DNA from: Phoronis australis
Taxonomy: Eukaryota; Animalia; Phoronida
Direction: 5' to 3'
Assembly: GCA_002633005.1 (NCBI GenBank)
Contig: NMRA01000363.1
Coordinates: 184,935 to 248,934 of the forward strand
Length of the DNA stretch: 64,000 nt
Below are positions 1-12,361 of this stretch, piece after piece (the stretch's first letter is position 1; every line of letters begins with the position of its first letter). The notes under the pieces were generated by a model, which saw only the letters and a program-made list of their open reading frames with translations, searched no databases and had not been told where the DNA came from. A program made the position numbers and the translations under genes.

Positions 1-754
1 GTATTTTGAATATTGCAATGCATGTGTTCCAAAATCTAAATAACTTGGGTCCTATATTTTTGTATTAGTGCGCGCCGAATGAAAGTAATCGTGAGTGTTG
101 CTGTGTTGCAAAATCTCTTATCCTGGGCCGATTTGAAAAATTCAAAGTTGTACTCATATTTGTTTTCGCTCCTCTTTTCAAATATTACAGTAAAAACTAC
201 GTAAAACTCTCTCCATAAAAAGTACAGTCTGCTAGCTAGATTGTAATCAGCTGATCATATCCGCATGAGCGAAGCCAATTATCCTCGCTCGTGACTCGAT
301 GACTAGAGCAGCTTGGCGGCATCCCTTTGATCGTGAGCCGAGTGCGACTCAGCCAAGGTGGATAAATACGGTCTACTTCAATTTTCCATACCCCACCGTT
401 TACCTTAACCACTGGGGTTAGGACCAATCTTATTTAGTGGGAATGTTCATAGCATGTTTTTTGTCATTGGTCATTCCAAGCCCTGTTTATTTAATCAACA
501 GTTCACAAGTCATGTAGGTGGACAAGCAGAACTTCAATGAACAGCCAGATGCAAAGATGTCCGACAGTGTTCTCAGAATTGTATCCAGCAAGGATTGAAA
601 CATATTGTTTTGACACTGAAGTGGACATCTACCCTGTCTGTTACTTATCAAAAACCTTCATTGTCAATAATTGTTATTGTCTGCTTGCCTGTCAACTGAT
701 GTCGTCTCATGTTTGCTGTTGTCAGTCTCTCCTACTGTGTTTTGTCTTTTCCAG

Positions 755-943
755 CACATGTCAAAGGACGGACGTGACTGCGCCTTAGAGTGTGGGCCAG
801 ACTGTTATTGGGACATATGCTGTAGCCCGGTGGGCTCTGTCAGTATACCGAAGGAGAATTTGGATGAGCGGGTGCAGCTAACCCCCTACAGCGTCCCCAC
901 AGCTATGTCACAGCTGCCTGAGCCGTTGGACAGTGTTGTGTAG
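755..943 (+). CDS. Probable terminal coding exon of an unidentified upstream gene (HMSKDGRDCALECGPDCYWDICCSPVGSVSIPKENLDERVQLTPYSVPTAMSQLPEPLDSVV*)
   Basis: Strong polypyrimidine acceptor TTTTGTCTTTTCCAG ends at 754. An open, more GC-rich frame then runs to TAG at 941-943, followed by AT-rich UTR-like sequence. The C-terminal DSVV fits a class I PDZ-binding motif. Family not recognised. Confidence 0.55.
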   Translation, partial: HMSKDGRDCALECGPDCYWDICCSPVGSVSIPKENLDERVQLTPYSVPTAMSQLPEPLDSVV

Positions 944-1580
944 TACATGCATGTGTGATGCGACTGCCTGAATGTGTTGGAATGAGTGAACAGACACTCA
1001 CACTCATGCGTTGACCTTTCCGGTTGACAATGCTTACATACATGATATCTCTTGGTGAGGACAGTTGTATGAGTATTGTTTGTTGATATCGATTAAGCAT
1101 AATCTTTATCATTATTGCTTCCAGAATAACCTCATGTAGTTATGCTAGGGAGCTGCTTTACCTCATACATGCTTTACTGACAAAATTATTTTGACAAAGT
1201 ACACTCATGATTTTAATCTCTGTCTATTGCTATAATGCTTTTCATCTTTAATTGATCATCAGCAGTGTCTTAACAGTATTGATTGCACTCAGGTATCGTT
1301 GCGTGGTTTCTCATGCAATGGTTTACTGTACCTTCCCTTGCTGAGTGCATTTTGCCTGAAGTCTGAGTAGACAGTTCAAAAGACTTGGCAACACTGACAT
1401 ACTGGTTATGTCTATGCATGGTGTTTTTTAATGTAGGGAGCAGGATCACCGTTTCACTGGTTGTTAATTGTTGATAGAAAATAGGTTTTTCAATCTAGCC
1501 CACTGTCAATACTGTCTGACATTGTGATGATGTTTCACGTAAATTAGATGAAAAATAAGTCACTTATTATCAATGATTGC

Positions 1581-3611
1581 TTTTTATGCTCCCATGTATT
1601 TATATATGGGTTTATATTCCTGGTGTCTCTGTCTGGGCATTTTGACATCCGTTGCTGTATCTCCTAAACCCCTTGCTAGATCTTAAAGTGCTTAAAATCG
1701 CAGTTTTCCTTGATTTTACAAGTGATAACATGGTCAGCATCAAATAAAATTAACTTTTATTAGGCGCGCATGTTTACATGTGGACGAATTATGCCATCAT
1801 CCCCGTCTGTCCGGCATCCACTGTTCTATCTCCAAAGCCCTTTGATGCATGATCATGAAGTTTTGCAGCTAGTGTTTTATCGGTGGGACAGCATGAGCAT
1901 ATTTTCGGATGGATCTGACTACCGGTGTGCACCCTAGTGGTTATTTCAGATTTTTACGTTTACCTCTGTATCTTGATTCTTCGGAGGTCCTCAATGAATT
2001 TTTATAATGATAATGACCAGTGGTGTAATTGGTTATCGCGATTGTACGTAGTCTTTATCGACCAATAAGTGCTACTTGTAACTCAGCCACAGCTAATTAA
2101 CATGTTTTCAGACAGTGTTCGTTGGTGTACTAATTTGACAGCTGATTGACTGGTAGCCAGGGGTTATTTTTCCTGTTTTTGATATGAAATTAGTGATTTA
2201 AAGCACTTTAATGAGATTTGGTTACGACATGTGACAACAAATATCGGATGGATCTACCTACCGCTCTGCCCCCGTGTAGCAATTTTATTTTTTTATGTTT
2301 GCCTCAGTCGACATCTTCGGCGGGACTACCTTGATGGATTTTTATGAAATTTGGCAAATAGGGATCTATTAAGGAGGCAGCAATTCATTCCCATTCTCGG
2401 ACAGATCTGACATATCCTGCATCACCTGATGGGCATTCTTAAAATTTTCGAGTCCAGTTTTTGCTTCCTCTTCTCTATCTGCCAAACCGGTTAAAGGATC
2501 ATTGTGAAAACTGACCAATGTGTTTCTGATGAGAAGACCGTGGCTGATGTTGATTTTCGAAAGGATTGGACTACTCTGGTGCACTCCCAGTGGTGATATT
2601 TCTTTTTTGTGTCTGCGATGGTATCTCCTTAACCCTTTGCAGGATCTTAGTGAAATTTGGAGAATGTGTTCCTTTAGAACTGATAATGGATGACAAGTTT
2701 CAGACCGATTCGACTGCCGCTGCCCCCTGGTGGCAATTTTAGTTACTTGACGGATGTTCATAAAATTTAACTAATAGGTTTTTAATAAGGAGACTACGAG
2801 GTTATTCATTTCCGAATGGATTAGAGAAATTATATTTTGCACCACGACTGTATTTCCTTTAATTCTTTACTGGATCTTTGTGAAATTTTGCAAGTGTTTT
2901 CTATAATTGACTCAACACCTGCCCACAATGTTTGGAGGGCCCTAACTACCATTTTGTCACCTAGTGGCAATTTCAATTTTTATGTTTACATCTGTATCTT
3001 AAGTGTTCTGTGATTTTTATTGAAACATTTTTCAAACTAGTTTCTATTATGAAAAAGATGACAACAACTGTCCACTTGGGGATGGATTCCACATATTCTG
3101 TGCAGCCTATTGGCCATTTTTATTACTTTCGAATAGTCTGCCTCTGTTTACTCCAAACAGCTGAGAGGATCATTATGAAAATTGGCACATGCGTTTCTGC
3201 CGACAAGCATGACTAATGTGGATTTTACTAGGCGGGTTCAACCACTGTGGTACCACCTGGTGACATTTTACTACTGCGGCTGTATCTCTGAAACCCCTTC
3301 CTAATAGTTTGAAAGCCCTGGTAAGCGTATTCCTATTAACTTGACCACAGATGGACACATCAAACTCCTCAGGCTTCGCCTCCTAATTGACAAGTTATTT
3401 TCCACCCTCACTTTCATCTCAGTGTCTTTGAGGGATTTCATGAAATTTAGGAAGCGATTTTCTGTTTCAGTTGAAAGGCGACAATGCCTTTCCATTTTCA
3501 GACAGGTCTGACGTATTGCCATTTAATGACCATTTTTATGAACACCCCTAGAAGCCTTCCATTTGCGGTGTAGCCTTGGGGACATTTCAATGCTCAGCGT
3601 TTGCTCTTGTT
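1581..3611 (+). mobile_element. Helentron/HINE (DINE-1/pearl-like) non-autonomous element, family A, degenerate copy
   Basis: Starts T-run+ATGCTCCCAT, with a second 5' module at ~1755 including a CCGTCTGTCCGG microsatellite remnant. Diverged ~150-bp tandem units carry CC(C/A)CTAGTGG cores. The 3' end TGGGGACATTTCAATGCTCAGCGTTTGCTCTTGTT is homologous to the ends at 39862-39895 and 63735-63768. Confidence 0.65.
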
Positions 3612-4584
3612 AAATTTTAAATTGCCTTATTTGATATATTTGTATGTCATCATAATGAAAGCTCTGTAGTCTTGTGAAAACAAGATCACATCCTGTAGAG
3701 TCCTGTACCCTAGCGCTTTCTTATTGTTAGATACTTTTTGCTAATGATGCTTTTCAAATTGTTCATGTTTGATACAGTAGTAAAGTGCTGTATACACTGT
3801 GATCTCAGGTGCTCATTCACACTGATGTGAAGGTGTGCGATGCTAGTCGGGCCTTAACCCAGTGTGTGCTCAACTGTTGTTATTGTATAATGCTGTAAAT
3901 GAATATGTTAATTTTTAAATCGGCATGGCAATATATATCGTAGACAGTCGGGTCTGCGCGCCACCTGTTCATTTAGCCAGTGGTCCTGATGGCTCAGGGA
4001 CTGACAAGAGCATCTACACGGTTAGCAGAAGGTCTTACAGGGGTTCGGGGTAGAAATCTTTTTGGACTTGTGATTTATTAGGTCACGTGATGTGGCAACA
4101 GGTGGTGTGCAGACCAGACTTCGTAAAAATATTTGTGAATTGTTTATGGTGTAGCTGAGGGTCTTCCCTTGAGTACTGAGCCTGTGTTGGTACTGGCTCT
4201 TCTTTTTGACATATTTAAGATTATCACTGACTTCAGTGTTCATATTTTCATGCTACATTTTCTACTTCATTTCACTTGTCACGAAATAATTCTATCTTTC
4301 TAAATACCAAAACCGAAACGTTTGGTTAACAAGTGAACTGCCAAATGGTGAGGCGGTGTGTTGTGAACATGCCCTTCACTGAAACTGAGATTCTTTAGCA
4401 CAACCCCTTCCATCCACTTTCCTTCAGGCACAGCTTCCACGGTGAGTTAGTGATGCGTATAATTAGCTGATAATTCATGAGACTCGTGTTTTAGTGACCG
4501 TCCAGATTTGCCTACCTGCCAACTCTATGATCTAGTGAACTCAATTCTGGCCTCGAAAACTACAACCCATGCTTATACCAAGTG

Positions 4585-4821
4585 AGGAGGCAGTGGGGCC
4601 TGGTTGATAAGTTTCCGCTTTCTTTACTCGAGGTCGTGGGTTCAAGTCCCACCACGTCATACTGCTAAACCCTTGAGCCAGGTTTCTAGCTCCTCAGCTC
4701 GGTTTTAACCATATCAATAAAGCATAAAAATATTTCCAGGTGATCAGTGCAATGGGCCCACATGCGAGGCCTGCGCACGTCTGGTACAACGTACGTGTAT
4801 CAGACCGCCTGCAATTATTTT
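4585..4821 (+). mobile_element. tRNA-derived SINE
   Basis: A-box-like GTGGGGCCTGGTTGATAAG and B-box GGTTCAAGTCC (4639-4649), followed by a CCCTTGAGC core and an AT-rich tail. Flanked by a perfect 12-bp TSD TTATACCAAGTG (4573-4584 and 4822-4833). Confidence 0.8.
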
Positions 4822-5533
4822 TTATACCAAGTGCTCAAGTTGTGCCCCATGGCTATGCCTGTTGAAAGAGTATTTTGCCTCAGTGGAAAAGTACCTATCT
4901 AGCAATTTTACTCACGTCAGCTTTTTCATATGGTGCAACGCATTAACCGAAACTTATTCCAATGAAAAATAACCCTTTCCCATCCCATTTTTATATCCAC
5001 ATACATCAAAATGGGGAAAGAGCGACCCAATCTAAATTGAAAAATGCACCCTCATCTCAACAGCAGGCCCCCAGCCCCTACGCTCATTACATTGACTGCC
5101 CCCAGAGGTGAGCATTATTTACATTGTAGCGGTTTGATACGTATCTAGCTTATCTTCGTGATCCGGAAGATGAAGTTGTCATGTGCAGGTGTCTATCATT
5201 TAGTCCTTGTTTCTCTAATCCTTATTATTTTTTACACGATATGCTTTATGGGTTAACCTTGTTCATTATTTGGTGGCATGCATACAGGTACGGTAGGTGT
5301 TCAATGTTATCACACCAGGAAGCGCTGTTGCTCTTGGTGACATGACAAAGTATATTTTGACAAGTGCGTTAAGTGCGTATGTTGTGATTAAACATTCTAA
5401 ATTTACAATGATTAATATTTTATTGCTGATATGACAAAAGGAATTACTGAATAAATTTGGTGTGTAAACTAGAACATTCCATGTGTTGTGTTGGTGACAC
5501 CACTACAACGTACTCCTGTAGTTTGTTGGACCA

Positions 5534-5812
5534 CAGGGGCCTGTTCCAACAAAACTTAATTAGCTAAGACAATTCTTAAGTTTTACCAAATTTTAAAATA
5601 AAAGTTAATTTTGCCTCAAAGCCATTGCAAGAAAGAGATCTTAAGCTTGATTTAAGTGTTTGATATAAGTTTTGTCTTAATTTTGACAAACTTACCGCGG
5701 GGTTTGGAAGTCAGGTTTCAAAGATTGGAAGTTAAGACAAGTCTTTTAAGAGTCTTAAAAGACTTTTAAAGTAAAAAATGAACTTAAGTCAGTGTCTTAG
5801 AACGGGCCCCTG
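5534..5812. mobile_element. PIF/Harbinger-like MITE
   Basis: TIRs CAGGGGCCTGTTCCAA and TTAGAACGGGCCCCTG with a CTTAAG-rich interior. A degenerate second copy lies at ~60479-60690. Confidence 0.65.
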
Positions 5813-6546
5813 GTTTGCAACTCAGACGTCGATTTAACTCGGTAACTACAATTAAATCAAATATTGTTACTTAACTATTTCAGTTTAGGAGTTGGTACAA
5901 GTACAATGCTCAGTTACCGTTCTTTTCACCTTTGTTATCTCTTTTCAAGTCGCAAATCGTTACATTTAAAACTGTTTCTTCAGCTAGAGAAAATTTGCAA
6001 CCTAACGCGCAACTACATATAATTATATAGGATGTGATCCGCCACGTGAACAACCTGAGTGAAGTATTTAAAAAGTCTGCTGAAAAAAATGAAAGAAACT
6101 TAGGAATTCGAAGCGTATTAAAGTATGAAATAAACACAAATAACTTCGATTGGCGTAGATGAAGTAACACCCCAGGCGAGATTACTCCGCGGAATATATC
6201 AGTAAAAGGATAGCATAAACCATATACTTCCATTTGCCCAACATTAGAAACCAATAAAAAATGTTCTGCTGCTTCTGAAGCAAACTGAATCAGCGCACAA
6301 AATATGCATGTCTCGTGTGCAATAGGAGTAGCCTACATTGATGTTTTGTGAAAATTTCAGTACATTTGAGGTGCGGAATTATCCGGCCAAGTAAATTAAA
6401 AACTAAGCCGGCGTATTTTTTGCAGAACAGAGAATGGGGACGTCCCGGACTGCACAGTCGCCAGATTCGAATTTCGATGCCGCTACATAGGCTATAGTCC
6501 GTCAATAACTTTTGTAGCATCGGTTTTCAGGCCACTGGAGTTCCAC

Positions 6547-7788
6547 GTGTTATTTAATTATTGGCTTCGCAAGTTTTTCTCGGCTGCATTCACTTTATTC
6601 GTCCTTTTCCTCCAATGCCAACGAAGTATTGCTGCTGTGATGTGGGCTCCAACTCCGACGGCATAGGGAGAACGTTGGATGAACTGGACAGTTCGGATCC
6701 GTCCGTGGATGATGCGTGATGTTAATTTCGGGTTCCGACCACCCTGCGAAAACTACTGTGCCTGACTCTCCGATCGAAGCCAATTGAAAATACTGACGCT
6801 TTAATTCTTACCTACGGATCAAAGCAAGGTTCTGTCCCTATGTAACGTGGGACGCTCCTATTGCTTGTAGGTCCAACAGCCGTTGGGGTTTCCCGATTTT
6901 TCTGGTGTTTAGTTGGTTCACTATCGGCCAGCATCAGCGTCTATATTTACCGTGACGCGTATATATAGGTTGCATCGACTGATTTAGTGAAGCCCGAGTT
7001 GTTTTTGGAAATTAAATTTTGCTAGCAAAATCATCATGATACTCTGAGTCCAGTGAACCATGATATAATACCAACAAAACAGCGGTCATTGGCGGAATAA
7101 GTTAAGTGACGAAAGTAAGAAAACTTTACTGGAGAAATTGTTATGAAAAAGACGATGCTTTCGATAACATAAATACCTTCAACATGCAGAAAATACATTA
7201 TGAATGTCCAGCAGCTGGTGGTTCTACTAACCAAGCTTTTCAACAAAGCATCAGTTTCCGTCCGACCAGTTGGAGGACAGGGTAGGATGCGAGTTCGCGA
7301 AAGGATTCAACTGCCTTGGTTTCAAATGATTGGTAAATAACATCACTGTACCATTCGAAAAATATGTTTATTTTCATGTGTACAACTATCTCCAACATAA
7401 TAACATTTTACTATCGCGGCATGTAATTCATTCGTCATAATAAACGACGCACTGAGCGAATTGGAAATTTAAATAGAGACGGTGCCCAGGTATAAGAGTT
7501 TCACAGCTGTTTCAAATGAAAGTCACAGGATATACTGGTCTTCTTATCTGGATAGCAGACTGCGGACGTCAAATTTTAGCAGAAAACAATATGCAGCCGT
7601 CAGGTGGTCTTTCGCCAGGAGGGCAGACGGCAATAACAGTATCTCTTTTTGTAATCGTCGGCGTTATCACGTTTATGTCCTTCTACGAATATGCTCAAGT
7701 GAAACTGCACGAGTTTAATGGCGCGGCCATCAGAATGTTACACGAAAGGGACTTCGGGTACATGGATAGACACGAGTCTTATCTTTAA
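6547..7788 (+). pseudogene. Possible decayed gene for a single-pass (type I) membrane protein
   Basis: Signal-peptide-like (V/M)LFNYWLRKFFSAAFTLFVLFLQCQRSIA from 6547 with in-frame stops downstream. A coding-like block at ~7110-7332 has one frameshift and ends at a phase-1 GTAAAT donor. A phase-1 acceptor at 7579 leads into GLSPGGQTAITVSLFVIVGVITFMSFY (TM-like) ...ESYL*. No family recognised. Confidence 0.3.
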
Positions 7789-10401
7789 TATCTTGCAGAA
7801 ACTTAGGAAAATTTGACCATACATTCTGGTTGACGACATTACTGAAGCGACTCTCATGTGTATAATAAATCAAAAACATTTCAAAACACTGGGGATCTAA
7901 CTTAGCATGGATGTCGCAATTGGGGGGGGGGGGGGGNGGGATTCTTAAGTCCCCCATGTGCGAATTCTCTGAATAGCTTAACAACGGAAACTGGCAAACT
8001 CCGCTATACTCCAAATGTGTAAGTAGCCGCCAAGTACGGCGAGCTTGACAAAATCGTGGACTCGGAGGCCAATCTGTGGTCTAGGACATTACTGATGAAG
8101 GGCCCAACTACAATGTACCTTTCAGGACTTATAAAACGCCTCGTTTTTGGTCATTTCCTTCCGGTCGCTCCCCATACAAATCCTCCTGTGACTACAGTAC
8201 TCGTGCACTGACAAATCATCCTTAACATTGGGTCATTTTCACACAACTTGGCTCGAAGTTAGAATAGCAAATACCAACCGAGTTCAGTTTGTGTTCGGAG
8301 ATCTGACCCGGAGCCCAATATGTAACTGAGGAACTCAGATTCCGCGAACTACAAGATATATTTACATTTTTCTCACCGACTTGATGACGAAAGTTCCAGC
8401 AGACAATCTCGAGCTCAGACTCGGAGTTAATGCTCACGGCTTAATGCTCGGGTCATCATCAAGTGTTAGGTACATGTAATTGACTTCAACGATGGTCATT
8501 AAAAGTTGTATAGTACGCTGAATGTCGTATGACTATGATGGTGTCACGAGTCAATCGGTGTATATCACTTTGGCGTCACACTGCATGTGTGCCTGCCCAA
8601 AAAACAAAAAAGTCAAGCTATTGAAAATTTGTATGGTTCAACTCTTATGTGACACAGTTGTTGCATTAATTGCTACCATGTCCACTTCAAAAAACCTTGC
8701 TCCTTGCTCTAGTTTAACGGAGTCTTAATAAATCGAGCAACAGCGCCACTCAGAACCCTTAGTTTCCGACCCTTCTTATCTCTAGCCTACTCTGTCCTTT
8801 ATGTTTTGCGCGTACTTCCCGTCGACAGTGTTTGAAAAAGCACACAGTAGCTGGAAACGCACAGTGACTATTCATGTTGAAGCAAAACTTGTAAGACATT
8901 GTGTGCGTTACGAGCCGACGACCAGACTATTTGAATGTACGATTACATAGCAATTACTTTTTAAAAATACATATCGTATACAGAGAAAAAAGCTGCTTCA
9001 AGAAGCTGTTAATCTATGTTGATGAATTTTGTTCGTAGAGCCCGATGAAAGCTTTTTAAATTTAAAGTCATGTTCAAAGCGAATTGAGAAAGAAAAGTTA
9101 CAATCACAGATGTAAAAATAAACCTGTAAATAGTCATATGTGATTTATTTTAAATTCTATAACACCTAGTGAAAAGTCGTGAGTAAAACAAAGATTGTGC
9201 CCAGTTGGCTGTCGAACTAAAAGTGTATTGATATCAACAAATAATAGAATATATACAGAAATGTACAGGAAGTCAATAGGTTCTAGGAATATATGACTAA
9301 TACAGTACTGACTACTACAAAACAGGAACCACTAAACCATAAACAACAACAGGATAGAATATTATGTAACTACAGGATATAAACACATTCCAATATAGTT
9401 ATCACCTAGTGTGTAACATGGCACTTGAGTGTTTGTATGGCTTGCGTTAACTCATCCATGGGCGATTCCCAAAGAAATTCCTGCGCGGGTAAAGTTTTAG
9501 GAGGGCGATAATTTGCTTTCGGCCTCATGGTTTCGACCAGTAGAGAAATTGTAATATCCGATGAGGAGTAATGCACACTTTAAGGTAAAAAAAAAAGCAG
9601 AATTTGTTCTCGTCTTTCAGGCGTATTTGAAAATTAAAGCGGTATTTTTAGTAGCTCATTTTTGAAACAAATCCACACGAGTTCAACAAAGGTAATGCGC
9701 GTCTTTCTTTTTTTTACTCATTTCAAACCTGTGTAGCGTTCCATAGACCCCTCGTTTGCACTTGCCTGTGGATTTTCTTCACTTATGAAACAGAATTCGA
9801 TAAAATCATTTGCGAATTCTGTTCCATAATTTAGCGATTTCAATCCAACTGACCAATCACTACAGTGACCGCCATTTTCCTACGTCACGTAGCAAAGGCC
9901 TCAGGCGAGCATGCTCGTGAAACACTCGCGTGGTCTTTCGTGAACTCTCGTTCTTACAAGAAACGTATAGTCCACAAAACGCACTCCAGCGACGCGACCA
10001 TAGATGTCTATAATGGACGCAACTGTCTGCTCGCGTGGCCGCCCACAATGCATCGCAAACGAAATGTTTCTAGGGGTCACTAGGAGGTGCTGCAGTTGTC
10101 GAAACCAAATGGTGCTAACACATAAACTTCAAATACCTCCCTGTCTATTGAAATCTTTTGGTCAGTTCTCTATACATCATCCGGAAACTCTCTTCTCCCA
10201 AACCACTGAAATGTTACTTGCCGAGAAAAATAAGGTCACTAGGAGGTGCTGATGCCCTACACCTTTGTGCCAATCATCAAAACCCAACAGGGAATTTGAG
10301 ATATCAGTAGGCCTAGGCACCCAGACTAGGCACCCAGACAGAGAGCGCAACATGTAACCAAGGAGTGTACCTTTACTTAACTCCTTGATGTAACCTCACA
10401 G

Positions 10402-10500
10402 GTGTGTGTGTGTTTGTGCGCACGCGCATGCATGAGTGCGCGCGTGCACCCATGTGTGTGCGCATGCGCGTGAAGTGTGCGCATGTGTGTATGTGTGCAT
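10402..10500. repeat. Alternating purine-pyrimidine tract (TG/CG/CA)
   Basis: GTGTGTGTGTG...GCGCACGCGCATGCATG...GTGTGTGCGCATGCGCG...GTGTGTATGTGTGCAT. Confidence 0.8.
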
Positions 10501-10726
10501 AAAAACAAAGTTATTTTGGGCAATGCATGCCTTTAATAATACAATTGACACGATGAGATCATCAGATTCAACCTCCTGGATTGAGAGGTCCACAAGTTTG
10601 CAGTTTGCGCTTACTGGGACCCAAAAACAAAAGAAGGATTAACAAGGTCAACATTGCCTAGTACTACGACCTCATAAAGATAAAAAAACACAAGTCATTT
10701 GTGCAAAAAAAACCCAATTTCTTCCA

Positions 10727-10930
10727 GGAGACTACATGCTAGTCCTGTAGTCCCTGGAATGGAGACTACATGCCAGTCCTATAGTCCCTGGACTGGAGAG
10801 TACATGCCAGTCCTATAGTCCCTGGAATGGAGACTACATGCCAGTCCTACAGTCCCTGGACTGGAGAGCACATGCCAGTCCTATAGTCCCTGGACAGGAG
10901 ACTACATGCCAGTCCTATAGTCCTGGACTA
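10727..10930. repeat. 34-bp minisatellite, 6 copies
   Basis: Unit GGAGACTACATGCCAGTCCTATAGTCCCTGGA(A/C)T is repeated head-to-tail with no spacers. Confidence 0.95.
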
Positions 10931-11038
10931 TTTAAGTAATCTTTGGAATAGACGTGACGTACTTGAACATAGTGTATGTTGTGTCAGTGTAATGGGAAGC
11001 AGATAAAAGTAAGCAACAAAAACATTGTTTTCATCTAA

Positions 11039-11044
11039 TTTAAT
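11039..11044 (-). terminator. Candidate poly(A) signal (ATTAAA) of DDX49
   Basis: TTTAAT on the plus strand reads ATTAAA on minus, ~270 nt after the DDX49 stop and within an AT-rich block. Confidence 0.35.
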
Positions 11045-11312
11045 AGAAAAATAAATTACCAAATAAAGCAATTGAGAAGCATTAAATAATGTACTTCACA
11101 GCAATGGGACAACTGCATCATCACCCATGGATTTGGAGAACATGACCTGCAAAGAACGTTGTCAGCATGCAGTTTATAGCAGTTACCCAGCCATTTTTCT
11201 TCCTTCAGCAATTGCAATTAGCCCCCTTCACAGCATCCTAGATCCACCAGTGAATCTACAGTGGTCACTTAGTATTTCAGTGTACTCCTTGTAAACATTA
11301 TCGTAGGAACAG

Positions 11313-11417
11313 TCATGACTTGCTCTTCTTTCCAAACTGTTTACTGCTCAATTTCCTCTTCTCTTTGAATTTTTCCTTCTGAATTTTTCTCTTTTTCATT
11401 TCCTCTAGGTCTGGATC
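11313..11417 (-). CDS. DDX49: DDX49 coding exon 12 (DPDLEEMKREKIQKEKFKEKRKLSSKQFGKKSKS*)
   Basis: Acceptor TTTGTTGACCAG, phase 0. Lys-rich C-terminal tail with TGA at 11315-11313. Confidence 0.88.
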   Translation of the reverse strand, partial: DPDLEEMKKRKIQKEKFKEKRKLSSKQFGKKSKS

Positions 11418-12361
11418 CTGGTCAACAAAGAGAAGAAAACACTTGCATGTATTAATAGTACTCTGTACCTTTACAAAGCTTCTAAAGCCTACTACGAACC
11501 ATAAATCGACTGAATTTAGTTGTTACAATATGTTTTGAACATCACTCTGAGCACACAAATACCACAGATTGCAGTATGAGTTATTAACTTACACTCTCCT
11601 ACGTCACAAGAATCCTTATATGGCACTCCATTCAGATCATTTTTTACTCACTAAACTATTTTCAACTTTATGTTCTATGTTCTAACGGTGATGTAACACG
11701 GACCAAAAAGACTAATTCTCATATCATTTTCAGACAAGATATTCGATAACTGGAACTATCAGGGTATCCTAATAAAACTAATAGGACAATATTCCATTCA
11801 GTGAAGGATTTAAAAGTTTAGGCAAAAGAGCGACATCAAGGTGGCGCCCCCTGTTGAAACTGGTCGGACTCATCCTTCTTGGATTTCTAGCTGAATTTCA
11901 CCCTGTTTATCTGACTAAAAACAGAACTCATAATTACCATACATGAAAGTGTCTTAATAAGACTTATAAAATCTGTCTGACATTTTTTTACCAAGATAGG
12001 AATCTACTTCCATTACCAACAAGAAATGGTCCAGATTTTAATGTGGATGGCCAACCAATTTGAAAATGGTGCATGTACATACTGGCTGTGACTGGAGCTG
12101 CCAGCTCATTAGGCAACAATTCAAGATCGGATGAGCGTGGCAATGCTTTAAACCACAAAACAGTCAAGAATTCAACATTGACAACTAAACAGTGGTGAAA
12201 TGCAGCTTTGAATTAATATGACATTATCATAAGGTGGTCATGTGTTAGAATTTATAACCACTCAAAATAATTACTTGGTGCTTGTTATATTAAAATTAAC
12301 GATTGCTTGAATATTAAGTTACCTCCTCCAGAATTGCAGTGTATGCAAAATTTGCTGTGCT

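Noticed and set aside
260-410. Crypton-like or Kolobok-like element end (GCCAAGGTGGATAAATA; TTTACCTTAA)
   Set aside because: Only a vague motif resemblance, and the other end is outside the window, so it cannot be supported.
581-754. U12-type intron suggested by a GTATCC donor
   Set aside because: The donor lacks the following TT and there is no TCCTTAAC branch site near the acceptor.
4585-4655. tRNA gene
   Set aside because: It has A/B boxes but no intact cloverleaf, continues into a SINE body and is flanked by a TSD.
10727-10930. CRISPR-like array (34-bp palindromic repeats)
   Set aside because: Repeats are contiguous with no unique spacers, there are no cas genes, and the context is eukaryotic. 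It is a minisatellite.
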